Shown here: positions 40,488-52,440 of the stretch, piece by piece
How the letters are laid out: each line of letters opens with the position of its first letter
How positions within the stretch are numbered: the stretch's first letter is position 1
NCBI RefSeq assembly: GCF_003704095.1
Contig: NW_020847369.1
Span: forward strand, 1 to 64,000
Length of the DNA stretch: 64,000 nt
Direction of reading: 5' to 3'
Source of the DNA: Pocillopora damicornis
Taxonomy: Eukaryota
Notes under the pieces: generated by a model
What the model was told of the DNA's origin: nothing
The model's input: only the letters and a program-made list of their open reading frames with translations
The model's database searches: none
Translations under genes and position numbers: made by a program

Positions 40488-41096
40488 TTACCCCTTGATC
40501 AACTCCTCAAGGAAGTCTAAATTAAACTCAACTGGTTCAAAATCCGGCTCCGGTTCTTCATCAATCCAGTCCAACCAGGGCAGGGTTGAAAAAGTTGGAT
40601 CAGATCTCGTCCTTGACAATCTTCTTCCAATGTCTTTCCTGAGTTGCTTAAAAGTTGACATGTCTGCGGTTTCTGTCAATGTTTTGGCTGGAGCGCTGAC
40701 CCGGCGTCTTCTTGGGAGATTTTCATTCAGGTTTTGCTCCTTTTTATAAATTTCCGCGATTATTTCTTCTTTTAAAACTTCATTGTCTTCACTCTCCTCG
40801 CTTTCTTCTTCCACGCTTTGCAACTCGGGCCAAGCGATGATCAAAGATGGTTGAGTGTTCTTCCGTTTAGGGAAAATGAGTTCCACATCTTTTTCCGAAG
40901 CGTCTAGTCTTCCAAACGATGTGACCGGTGCACTGATTCTTCTTCTACGCTGAATATCAACTTTCTGCTTTTGCTTCACACCTTCCTCTTCGATTTCCTT
41001 TAGATTTTCTGAAATTTCACTGAACGCTTGTTTCATGAGTACTTCAAAACTCCCTCCATTTTTGCGCATCCTCTCTGAACCTTTTTCGGGCCTCAT
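40488..41096 (-). CDS. Uncharacterised single-exon protein, RRxSAP family member 2 (~202 aa from first ATG)
   Basis: SFEVLMKQAFSEISENLKEIEEE, RRRRISAP, second RRRRVSAPA, KQLRKDIGRRLSRTRSDP, LPWLDW...DFEPVEFNLDFLEE. First ATG at 41096; the track start at 41174 is GTG. Confidence 0.8.
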   Translation of the reverse strand: MRPEKGSERMRKNGGSFEVLMKQAFSEISENLKEIEEEGVKQKQKVDIQRRRRISAPVTSFGRLDASEKDVELIFPKRKNTQPSLIIAWPELQSVEEESEESEDNEVLKEEIIAEIYKKEQNLNENLPRRRRVSAPAKTLTETADMSTFKQLRKDIGRRLSRTRSDPTFSTLPWLDWIDEEPEPDFEPVEFNLDFLEELIKG

Positions 41097-43022
41097 CTCA
41101 AGGAATACTTGAAAAAAGAAAAAACCCAAATGGAATATTTCTAACCACGAAACCGTCTTAGCTAAACGGACCACCCGATTGGAGATAGTTAAGGAAACTG
41201 TCGTATTTTAACGATATGTATGAACTTTGTAGTTTGATTAATGATACGTTTGTCTTTCTTGTGCCTAAAATATCAATGTTTTCATGTAATTACGGCATTT
41301 AATGATCTGTTTAGGCCCCTCATACGCCAAATATCGTCCACCTGACCGGGTGTCGCGTGATCGATCCTTTCGAGTGATGGTGCTCAGATAAATATCAAAA
41401 TTCATCCCGCTGTCTTTTTTTTCGTTCCGTAAAGAACATAATCTCTTCCGTCATACACTTAATGTTGACAATGATATGATAAGATGGAAAATTTTCGTCT
41501 TCTTAAAATTTCGCTGGTTTCAATTTTTTTTTTTTGCGAATCACGCTTTCGTCATTCTTACCGGAGTGTGTAGCGACTATATATTAATGACACTTATTGC
41601 AAATAAGATAATTTTTAATGCAGAATAACTTATCAGTATGAGCAGTTATGAAACTTTCTTTTCAAAAAGCCCGTTTGTTTTAAAAGACGCGCGGTAGAGG
41701 TGGGAAAAAAGATGCGATTAGATACGTGTGTTCGTCGAGGATGACTCACGTTATACGTGTAGTCGCGTGAATCGTTGGTTGTTCATCATACGCCTGAAGA
41801 CTATCAACCCCTGCCCTCCCCCAAGAGTGCTTGCCACGCGACCAAAGTTTTCGATGAAAGCTATCTGACTTAAGTGGGCGGTAAATCGAATATCGATTGA
41901 TTCAATTCTCTGGAAGTTTATGGTGCAAATATTAATCAACAAGCGGTTTAGGAATTAATTACTAGAATTTTATTGAATTTATCAATAATGCAGTTTAACT
42001 AACATTAACATCATAAAACTCAAAGCCGATGACTCTCGATCGAGGATCATTGTGTTAATTATTTATATTTCAGATATTGTACACAAACAAATACAAAAGC
42101 ATGAAAACATAAGCAATATTTTAAAATACCCCTCCAAACTAGTCTAACAGGTTTTTCATTCCCATTTAACCCCTAGTGGTGAGGGTGTAATGCCTTCTCT
42201 CAAACCTTTAAGTCACTTCATATGAGTGCTAAGTTACAAATAATCTGTACTAAAACAGTAAATAATCTTGATATCTTCTTTGCAGCCTTTCGAAATTTTG
42301 TGACTCAGGGAACTCTTATGTTTTGGAATTGCGATGCAGCGTGAATCTAACATGACAACTCAAGTCGACCAAATAAGTGTACCAAACACTAAAAAATTAG
42401 TAGACTAAAAAACTCTGCCGCAAACAAATTTTTGCTATGAAAACAACTTTACTCGCTTGTCACGTGACACGAGTGAAAATGATTCATAATGGACGAAGCA
42501 AGAGTCGCGTGATTTCGTCACATGCTGCAAAAGTGTTACAGTGTAACTAATAATACTATTTTGTTCTCTGCGAAATGTATCTGAATTAAATGTAACTACT
42601 CTTATACCCAGCTCAGTACCTTATTAAATGTTACTCATTAAATATAAATTTAATTTTTAAAAAGGACCTGAACGCTGGCAGTGGAATCATGTACTTATTA
42701 ACTGCTTGGGAGGGTCCAGCAGACAGAAACCACAGAATTGGATTATTTCTGTCAACGTACCGAAAAATTGTCGCAAATTAAATTCTTGACGCGCAATTCT
42801 GTCTGTGCGGTTCCTCGGAAGTGAATATTGCTTACTAATGTATTCCTGAGAACTGGGCAATCGGCGCGCACGAAAAGTATAATATGTCCTGCCTTAAAAA
42901 AAACTGGAGCATGATCTCGTCATGGCCAAGAAGGACTCCACACCGATCTGGCTGCAGTCCTTCATGGGCATTTTGAATCATCAACAACAGCAACGAGTTT
43001 GTAATTAATTTTCATGTTACCC

Positions 43023-43676
43023 TTACATATAGTCATCCAAGAAGCCTAGATTGAATTCAACTGGAATGAAATCTCCCGAAGGCTCCTCCCAGTCACTACA
43101 ATCCATCCAAGGTATCAACGAGTATTTCGAGTCTGAACGTGCGCGAGAAAACTTCCTGGAAATCTCCTTTTTTAGTTGCTTTAAAGTTGTCGTCGTTTCT
43201 GCTGTAGTTCTTGGACTGAGTGCTTTGACGGAACCTCTGACTTGTTGTGTTTTCAAAAGCTTAATTGTCTCTGCTTTTTTGTTGTCCTTCATCATTTCTT
43301 CGATGTAGTCCCAACTCGTGTCAAGCGGGTCACCGTCGACATCCTCTCTATCAAAACTCTGCCATGATGGCGAGATTAACAAAGCTGACTGTGATAGCTT
43401 TTTTCCGCCTCCGTAAAACCCACGTTCCAATTTGTTCTTCAGCTTTTCTGAACCTCCGTACGGTTTGGCTGGTGCACTAACTCTTCTTCGCCGCTTGAAT
43501 TCCATTTTTTCTCGTATTTCAAAATTATTATTTAGGTCTGTTTCTGTCACACACAATGAGATTCCACCTTGATACATTGCCTCCTCTCCAATAGCCTTTT
43601 TTCCGTTCCTGAACTTAGGTAGGTATTGTTCGGCTATAGATAAGAGTAGTGAAATTCGTTGAAACTTTAAAACCAT
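43023..43676 (-). CDS. Uncharacterised single-exon protein, RRxSAP family member 3 (up to 217 aa)
   Basis: RRRRVSAPAK, KQLKKEISRKFSRARSDS, IPWMD...DFIPVEFNLGFLDDYM. Clear paralog of 40488-41096. Start codon uncertain (43676 or 43577). Confidence 0.8.
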   Translation of the reverse strand: MVLKFQRISLLLSIAEQYLPKFRNGKKAIGEEAMYQGGISLCVTETDLNNNFEIREKMEFKRRRRVSAPAKPYGGSEKLKNKLERGFYGGGKKLSQSALLISPSWQSFDREDVDGDPLDTSWDYIEEMMKDNKKAETIKLLKTQQVRGSVKALSPRTTAETTTTLKQLKKEISRKFSRARSDSKYSLIPWMDCSDWEEPSGDFIPVEFNLGFLDDYM

Positions 43677-46600
43677 ATGAACAACGACCCCTTAAATTGG
43701 CGCGCACGTAAAAATGACAAATGTATTACTTTACCTAAGCGACCGAAATACCAGTTGATTCAGTGATAGGGTCAGAAACTGGCATTGTGAAAATACAACG
43801 ATGCCTTACCTTTCCACTAAATTTATCCGCTGCTTCTTCCACTACAGGTTGTGACTCTCAAGCTTCTTAAAATTTTTACAACGATGATTGTAGTTACAAG
43901 CCGTACTATATGCGACTCACTTTGCTACACACGTGACCTACATACGGAGTGCACTTCACGCGATAAACAAGCTGTAATCACGCAATTTCGGCATTAGTCA
44001 CGTTATTCAAACGGCGGACTTATTTGACGGTTGAAGTATGTTATTTTCAAGCGCAAATCGACATCACGCTGTGATCTTTTTCATGAAACACTACTTCCCT
44101 TTTCGATTACTTCAAGGCAAATTACAACAATGATGCAATCGTTGCATAAAAAAAAAAGTTGAGCTGAGTGGATTCAAATAGCTGAAGAAGAGGACGTCGA
44201 GACTCGTCGATCACGAGAATAGTCACGAGGGGAAAAAAATCTTCGATCAAAATAACTTTACTGAGCTTTCTCTTCGGTATTTTGACCTTTTGCCAAGTTT
44301 TTGAGCAGAATTTTAAGAACAAGACTCGAGAAAAAATTTTGAGAAGGAAAAGAATATGCCAGACCTCTTGAATTGCATTCAATTTTAGACCAGAAGTTGA
44401 TAAGTTGTGAACTTTATATGACTAGGATTGCCGACAGGAGAGTAGAGTGAACCATGTGATTCAGCGTCAGTGAAAATAGGGTGTGACGACTGGTCACGGT
44501 AGAGAAATGATTGTGTGCACGATTTCACCGGTGAGCCGAGACAAGCCCACATCGATGTCGCCACAGACGTTGAGATCCCTGTAGGAATTGAAAAGAGCAA
44601 CCCAGTGTCCATTCTTTCGATTTTTCATCCGCTTTCGTCAAGAATAGTGGTGCCGGCTCGCTTATGCTCGCAAACAAAAAAATACTTGAAAGGAATTAAA
44701 CCTAAGCATATGCTATTTCCAACAGTTAAAGAACGATTCCATTGCGCCGGCTAACTTGCCATTTTTCGCTCGTCTTTACTTAGTAAGAGCCAGTGTAACA
44801 GGCTCTTAGGAAAGCTGTTTGTATCGACCATTACTAGTTTGGTGATCGTAAGAGCAAGAATAACTTCATTGATATGAAGAACAATTTGAAGCCTCTTCTT
44901 TGCTTTAGATCGACTGAATGTTCTTACTTTACGTGAAAGTGGTGAACAATGGGGTGTGAAAAGGCCGATGCCCTGACACGTAGCTAGAGACTGACCAGCT
45001 GATCCCAAAATGCTATAACTGGTAATTTGGCATTCTATACAAACTTATCCAGGATAAGTCCTAAAAAATTCTCACTTCTATTTTTATGCCTATAAAACTT
45101 CAAATACATGCAATTTTTCTTCAGTCCTTCGTCATCCATGCTTTGTCAATCATAGACACCACTTATGCTTGCTAGCATAACTTACTCTGCAGGGGATCAT
45201 CTTTAACAACTTCTGCTCATTTTCGATAAAAGAATAAGCTACTTTTGAAAATGTCATAACCTTTACTTTACTTGCTTCTGAAAAGGAGGGGGGGAGGGGC
45301 GCTTTTTCCCCCTTCCCCCCAAAAAAACCTGCCGGGGAGGGGTGTAAACACCAAGGATCGTGATCGGCCTTTAACATCCTTTTTTGCTGGTCCTTTTTTA
45401 CACCTGAGCACGAGCCCGCTTATTTTACCCCTGACCTCTCCTTTAAGAGAGGAGACCCCCACTAAGTAAGGTCTTCTGGAGCAGGGCTTGGTTTTAAATG
45501 CACAAAAACTCCATATTAACAGCGGCTGTTTGTATCTTCTCAGAAAGAACTTACAAAACAAAATACGCTACCAAACAAACCACTGCGAACAGAAAGACAT
45601 GTTATTGTACTTCAGTGTCTTGTACCTATTCATTTGATAACACTCTTGAAATGGACTAAGTCTCTAGACTCATCGCAAATTCTCTCTAAAACGGGCTTCA
45701 AAGTTGAAGATCCGGCGGTACACTCAGAACATATTCGAGCAGCCCCCGCCGGAATTTATTACCGACATGTATTGTGCCGACTCACTTACGGCTGACCTTA
45801 CTGTGGTGCGACCTTTCTTCTGCATACGTTACCACAACCATTAGTTAGCTCGCCTAACTGGTGGTTTGATTAATGTTCTTTATATTACATGCAGACTTCA
45901 AAATTCTCGAATCTGTGACAAATTTGTTCAGTAATTTGTGATCCACAACCCATCCCAGCTAGCTCCAGCTCCTTGTAGAGAGAAATCGTGCACACGAGTC
46001 TAAAAATAAACATCCTTGATGGCAGTTATAAGGCAATTGACGCCGAGAATCATAGCTCAACCCGCGGGCAGTTTATTACTTCATTTAAAAGAAACGAAGT
46101 GATCAACGTCAGTCGCCAGACAAGCTATACAAGAAACCTAGCGAAGAGGTATTCAAACCGATACAATCTGTTGAATGTTTCTAAATTTATCAACTTTTTT
46201 TAGCGCTTGGCCTGTTCTATGCCTCATTGCCCCCAAGAAGTAAACAACAAACCCACCACCTTTGTCTATGATTTTATCATTTTCTAAAAATACATTTTAA
46301 TTTCATCTGCTCTACATACATAAAGCGCCTTTGATCATATAAATGTTAAAGGGCGCTATAGAAGTAAATAAATTATTATCATTATTATTATTATTAGCAC
46401 GAACACCAATTTATCTATTATTGCACATAGTTTTTCACGGTTTCTACGATTTCGAATAACATTTTCATTATGTTACAAGTTTTATATCTTGTTCACAGAA
46501 ATTGTTCAGATTTCTCGGTATATTCTGACTAGAGTGTTCACAAATACATCTTCATCATCAGCCAACCATATCTACCTCTTCACCTGCCTACGAAAGTTAA

Positions 46601-46699
46601 ATCTAGTTGAATTTGTGCCGTAGGTTTCACTTTGTAGTTTTTCCTTCAATCTCGTACGCTCGATAATCATAACAATATTGACACTTGATTAAAGAAACG

Positions 46700-46906
46700 A
46701 ACTCTCTTCCCTAAAGAGCAGAGCACTCCTCACAGTTTCATCAAAGCTCTTCGTCAAAAGTTACTAGATATTCCTTTTAGCAAAACCTCCTAACGCCTTA
46801 CTAAAGAAAAAAACTCTCTGACTTACGGAGCAAAGCAATCCTCAAAGTTTCACTAAAGTTCTTCGTCAAAAGTAACTGGTAATTTCTTTTAGCAAAGCCT
46901 CCTAAC
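46700..46906. repeat. Two-copy ~110 bp tandem duplication
   Basis: agca.tcctca.agtttca..aaag.tcttcgtcaaaagt.act...ttttagcaaa.cctcctaac occurs twice. Confidence 0.75.
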
Positions 46907-47044
46907 ATAGGCTGGTTCTTAACTCATCGAATAAGCAAAACGATTGAAGATTAAGTTGTGTAACTTTGCCCTGTTAAAGCTCTCGAGTGCAAATGCAAAG
47001 TTTCATCTCAGATGGGAAAACAATGATCTCACTTATAGAGCTAC

Positions 47045-47200
47045 GTCCTTCGCTCTGACGAAGGGCTAAAACCCGAAACGTCTGCTTGAACTCTTAACAG
47101 TGGTCAATTTATATTTTCAACTCAGTTGATGAAGCTAAATTATGATGTAACACCCCACCAACGTCGCATCACACTTTCTTTAGAAACTTACCCCATTATT
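47045..47200 (+). mobile_element. Penelope-type short repeat carrying a minimal type I hammerhead ribozyme core
   Basis: CTGACGA (47055-47061), extra A, stem II GGG/CCC, GAAACGTC (47075-47082). The rest is homologous to 2386-2544. Confidence 0.6.
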
Positions 47201-47614
47201 ACTGCCCGTTATCAAATTGGAGAAAAACTTACAAAAATGTTACGATAGGATGTTTCAATACTAGAACCACAAATGAATCAAGCAAGGGCGAAATAATTTC
47301 AAGTTATTTATATTATGATGCAAGGTTGTTCATCAGTCTTCCATAGCCGTAAGCTAAAATTTCGCCGGTGGGTTAACTTTGAGTGAGGTAAGCCAAACTT
47401 TACTTTACATCGTTGAAAACTTAGCATTATTCTAACGGGAGATATCTCGCCAAAGATCTACGCCCTCTATAAAGATGGGCCCTGAAACCTCCAACTATCC
47501 TCGCAGTTCCAGGGTTTGTACAAGTCGATGGTCTTGATTCAATGGCGGCAGTGGTCTATTTTAAAACCCGCCCTGTCCTTCCGATTCATCACGGAAACCC
47601 TTTGAAAGGCTGAC

Positions 47615-47887
47615 TCAGTCGTGAAAAGGTGAAGACAATGACCTGTCAAATTCAACTTGTTTCTTTGGTTCTTGCAAAGATTCCGACGATCGTCTCATCA
47701 AAGCGGCAGGGGCACTACCTCTCCTTCTCTCGAGATCAATTATTTTCTCTCGTTGTTTTTTATTGTCTGCTTTGATCTCCTTGAGATTCTGAAATATTTC
47801 ACTGAATGCATCGCTCATGGCCTTTTCAAAACTTGTCCCATCGCTGGGGTTGATTTGTGTCTGTTTCTTGGCCTTGTCTTTGTTCAT
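47615..47887 (-). CDS. Uncharacterised single-exon protein, RRxSAP family member 4 (~90 aa)
   Basis: SFEKAMSDAFSEIFQNLKEIKAD, RRRGSAPA, FDRSLSSP. First ATG at 47887. Lacks the acidic C-terminal module. Confidence 0.7.
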   Translation of the reverse strand: MNKDKAKKQTQINPSDGTSFEKAMSDAFSEIFQNLKEIKADNKKQREKIIDLERRRGSAPAALMRRSSESLQEPKKQVEFDRSLSSPFHD

Positions 47888-50012
47888 GACAATGTAATCG
47901 AAAACTGAGCGAAAATCTTGTCGAGAGAACTGTAATCTGTCACTGCAAGTGTATTTCAAAGCAGCCAGCTTCACGCCTGAAAACTTTGAAATGGTTTGGC
48001 TTGTAAAACTGATCTTTAGCTTAATTTATTCTTTATGCCGACAATATTCACAGCCAATCGAATTCCACTTCGAGCATTTATCAAGTCATGGCTTGTGGCA
48101 TTTAGACATTTCAGATGCATGTCTTTATTTCACGCCTCCTTAAATTTGAATTCGTTCTTCTTCTAGAAAAACTGCCCCAGGCACAAGCAGTGAGTTTATT
48201 AATACAACTTATTGAATATGGAAAAGTTTCTGATCTTCTAATTAAAACACACTCAGCTAAATGCAACCTAATTAGATTGTTAAGGCATTTGAATCCGTGC
48301 AGAAACACGATATGACAAGTACACTTAAAAACCAATTAAACATCATTTTAGTCGAGTACGTACCGCATCAGAATCTTCTCGTGCATGGTTCAGTGTTTTT
48401 ACTATCTATGCATGGCTATGAACCCTACAATTCCACTATTTTGCTTCTCCCTAGAACGGCTTTTGTTCCTATACAACCAAGAAGACAACAGTCCCTACTT
48501 CACCTCCCGAACCCAATGTAGCCATTTTGTCTGCAGAATATTCCTCCCGTTGCCTTGGCTACCACACATGCATTGACAAAATTTATTTTGGGTTCGCTTG
48601 TGAAGGAGTACGTAACAACATTATGTAGCAACAACCGCACTATGTAGTTTTTGACGATGAAATTTAGTCACCTCCAAAGTTCGGCCGGACTTCTTAAAGA
48701 AAAAATATCCAAAGTGGGAGGAATAACAAACAGACTTTAAAAAGATATGCAAATATTTGTTCGGGAGCACAAAAGCGCGACTATACGTGGGTCATTTAAG
48801 ACTTGACTGACTTGACCGGTTACCTCCGCATATAAGACCTCTTACTGCCCTCTGTTTAGCCTGTGGAAAGGCTCCCGCGCTTAGCTCTGTCTTTACCGCC
48901 TATCACATCATCGTCGACCATCGTCGACAGCCGTGCATGGAAACAGTTATATAATTCCCTGCTTGATGGCCTGTCAGATAAAGTGATTGATATCACTTGT
49001 AAAGCATAGGGCTATCACGCAAAAACAACGCCGAAAAAATTAACTTGATACGGATGATAACTAATCGAATGGCGATCAGTTAGCCACAAATGTTATTTTT
49101 TAGAACGATAACGCGAAATATCGAGTCGCTTGTAAAGTTGAACACGTTTTCTAGTCTCAATTATTGTCCGATAATCGTTCATTCTGATAAATGGACTGAT
49201 GTTGTAAGAAGTAAGGACGTGCACTTTAGGCAGTAACTTTGAATCAGTCTACCATGCAAAAGAATACAACATATTAATTGAAAAAGGAAATGGAAAGTTA
49301 TATCAACGTTTAATTGCGATCCTCAGTGCTCTTTATGGAAACTGTTAAACGAAGATATTATGTTGCAAGTGATTATTCACGACACCCACACGGGTGCGGT
49401 TCAAGCCATTAACGCGTACAAGAGGTGGGTTTACAACCCGCCGGGAATGAATCTTAACTTATTATCAAGTAGCTACTTAGAAGTTTCAAACTACTCAAAC
49501 TCCGAACCTCCGCGCGACGAACGCGAGACTTGCACCCGAATATATTGTGGAGGAAGAAGAATGTTTTGTTATCGTTTCTGATTGGTGTATTCGGTTCCAT
49601 ACTCTTAAATACCATCAATATGCATAAGCTGAGATTATTGAAGTTATCACGTTCTTGAATTTCGAAATCATTTCAAGACATATGTCAGTATTTGAAAGTT
49701 CATCTTGACAAACTCGTTGCTTATTGATGGCAGCTTTATTATTTTTTTACAGAAAGACAACGGCATCGACTTTTTTAACTGGGAAGAGAGAGGCTCTGCA
49801 ATGGCGTGCATCAAGAATTTTGCACCATCGCACAGCGCCGTATAGACGTTAATTACACTTCACGTTTTGTAGAGTTTGAAGGACATTAATTTGTAACTAA
49901 TGGACCGAGGTGAAAGCTTAAGCCTAAAAACTGACAGGGTTGATATAAAAAGTGAATGCGGATCATAACAGCTTGAGGAAAGTTGGCTCACCTTAAACTT
50001 TGAATCTACGCC

Positions 50013-50267
50013 ATGATAGTTTGCAAGGCCATGAATGCAAGGAACAAAGCTGGCAATCAGGATAATGAAAAAATGAACTACGAAAAAGAAATGGAGAAAT
50101 GTTTGAACTCGATTTTTTGCAATTTACGTGCGTTAGAGGAAATTCGGCGTGTTCGTGTTCCACAGAGGTGTGAAGAGGTGAAAAAGGAACGAAATGCCGG
50201 CACGGAAACTTCAAAAAAAGCTACTTACGCAGCTAGTTCGCCTGGCACAAGTTACAACAGTTCATAA
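50013..50267 (+). CDS. Uncharacterised single-exon protein, family member 5 (84 aa, possibly truncated)
   Basis: NYEKEMEKCLNSIFCNLRALEE helix. TATAAAA at 49944-49950. Confidence 0.55.
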   Translation: MIVCKAMNARNKAGNQDNEKMNYEKEMEKCLNSIFCNLRALEEIRRVRVPQRCEEVKKERNAGTETSKKATYAASSPGTSYNSS

Positions 50268-51324
50268 GTCTTCTGCTGTAAAGAATGAACGAGATAAAAT
50301 TGGTCTACATGGAGCCTAAACTTTCTCCAGGAAGTACAACGTCCGCTAAAGAACTGTAAACAGACCCCTGGACGGTTTTTACAGTCGAACATTCGTTCCC
50401 GGACTGAATTGGAAGCGAAAACAAAACTCGTTAACTGTTCCAAACTAGCTGATGAGGAAATCTGTTTCGAAGTTAAAAGGTTTTCAATTTTTTTTTTTGA
50501 ACCGGCTTTAACAGCCACCTTGACAACCAAGAATGAGGTTTTGAAATAGTGCCCACAACAGATCACCGATTGAAACTAATCATGTTGATGGTATTTTAGC
50601 TCTTGGAATATGTTTTATTGCGTGTAATCTGTCATACGACACAACGTTTCTCTGACCTCCACACGAATTCATTGAACTAAGCGGTAAGTACAATGTAAAT
50701 AGCTTTTCGCTTACAGATTCCTTGAACGCGTGCCCGAAGGTACGCAACTGCCTAGTATAATTGCACAAGAAAAGCTTAAATGTAAAATTATTAGAGGCAT
50801 CATACACTGAACGGATAAGCTGTGACGTGAGTGTTTGTAGCTTCACGACTGTCCGACACGGAAACACGTAGTTAAACGTATTGATCTGTTTACCAACCGT
50901 ATCACAATTCGTAAACCCGAAGATGTACGAAGATCAGGAAATCCGATGGAATCCTTTTCTTGTGATTTTTATGCAGTTAAATACAGGTTTAAGGAACGTC
51001 TTCGTTTAAACAATGCTATACGAGTGGACGTGACCTGAACTGAACTGCCATGGCCGTCCTATTTTGCAACAATTTGGAGGACCGTGAAATACTTAAAAAC
51101 CACAGAAAAGTCGAGTGGCATCTAAAAATACCCTCATGAATAAATACATTAAATCATGAACCTGCAAATTTTTTTTTTTTTGACAAAAGTATTCCTCTGC
51201 TCATTTATAGTGAGGGGAAGTTCTCCTCATTTTTTAAAGCTATTTGATTGCATAAGGGGAACATGACATATTGCTTTTGTAGGTAAACAGAAAATTTGTG
51301 ATGGAACCTAAGAGATTATAAACT

Positions 51325-51445
51325 AAAGATTTTAGATATATGAAAATTCATATATTTGCACTGCGGTGGAGAGATGAAATTAAGAGATCCTCGCAGCTAA
51401 GAACACTACTGAAACGAGTAGTTGTAAATAGGACCTGAAAAAAAA
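51325..51445 (-). mobile_element. Truncated SINE/LINE-tail insertion with 12-bp target-site duplication
   Basis: Direct repeat agattataaact at 51313-51324 and 51446-51457. The body on the minus strand reads ttttttcagg...ctgcgaggatc...ccgcagtgcaaatatatga..ttcatata, typical of a SINE 3' part. Confidence 0.65.
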
Positions 51446-52440
51446 AGATTATAAACTGTTCATATTCTCTTGAGGAACCATATTAGAAAGAATTCGCCGT
51501 CCCCTCTATTGTCGTAATGGATAATGATAGGCTAATTATATCGGCCAATCCGGGAAAAAATATAGGAACATTACCAGGAGTTAGAAATGAGAGCCTGATG
51601 GATTTTTTGAAGATGGCCTCGAGCGCTGGAGACATGGAAGACCAAATGGGAATTGACCTCGAATCACAAGATCATAGGAAATTACATAGGTGTTTGGCAA
51701 GAATGCGGCTGCCTAGTGGGGCTCGCTCTCATTCATTTATTCAATTTGCTGAGTTTTTTTGTGTCGTTTTGTCTGCTTACAAGTTCCTGCCTCTCCCGTC
51801 CCCAACGATACAACTTAAGTCACCATGGAAACCCCCATTCCACTTCCACCAGCGGAAATCAAATTTAATTTGGAATGTTACTTACTCAAGACATACTTGA
51901 CACTTCAAAGATGTCATGCCGGGAACGTTAATGAAAACTTGGCTCTGAAAACCTGTTAATGTTGTGCTAAATCATCTAAGCGTAGCCGAACATTACAGTC
52001 ACACAATGAAACTCACGGCGTTATTTACTATGTCTTGTTTAACTATTTTTCTAGACAAAACAATATAGACTCCAATCCTTTGCTAAGCGAGAACTGAATG
52101 GTTTTACTGATGCATTCCAATGGTTCGCATGCATCCACGCACGATCGAGTAGCGCGCGTTTGGTGGGCGTGATGTTAACATAATCTGGCTTAATCGTGAC
52201 TGTCATGTTTAATTTGATATGGGAAATATTCAGTTATGGGAAGTATTCGTGTTCTTAAATGCTTTACAATATTTGAAAAGACTTTGTTATCACTGATTTA
52301 GCCTGAATTCAAAGACTGGCAAACAGAAGTTTTAAAGTTGACACGTGCTGACAAAAGGTTATAAAGAGTTAATTAGGATTCAAGTTTTGGTTACTAGTGA
52401 GAGATAAGGGTCAGGTGCTTCTTCAACAGTGCGTAACTTA

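Noticed and set aside
44122-45561. Several 65-97 aa ORFs and G/C-rich tracts
   Set aside because: No homology signal, splice pattern or family motif that I can support.
51517-51900. 127-aa ORF inside the array
   Set aside because: It has none of the family motifs and no recognisable domain; treated as a chance ORF.
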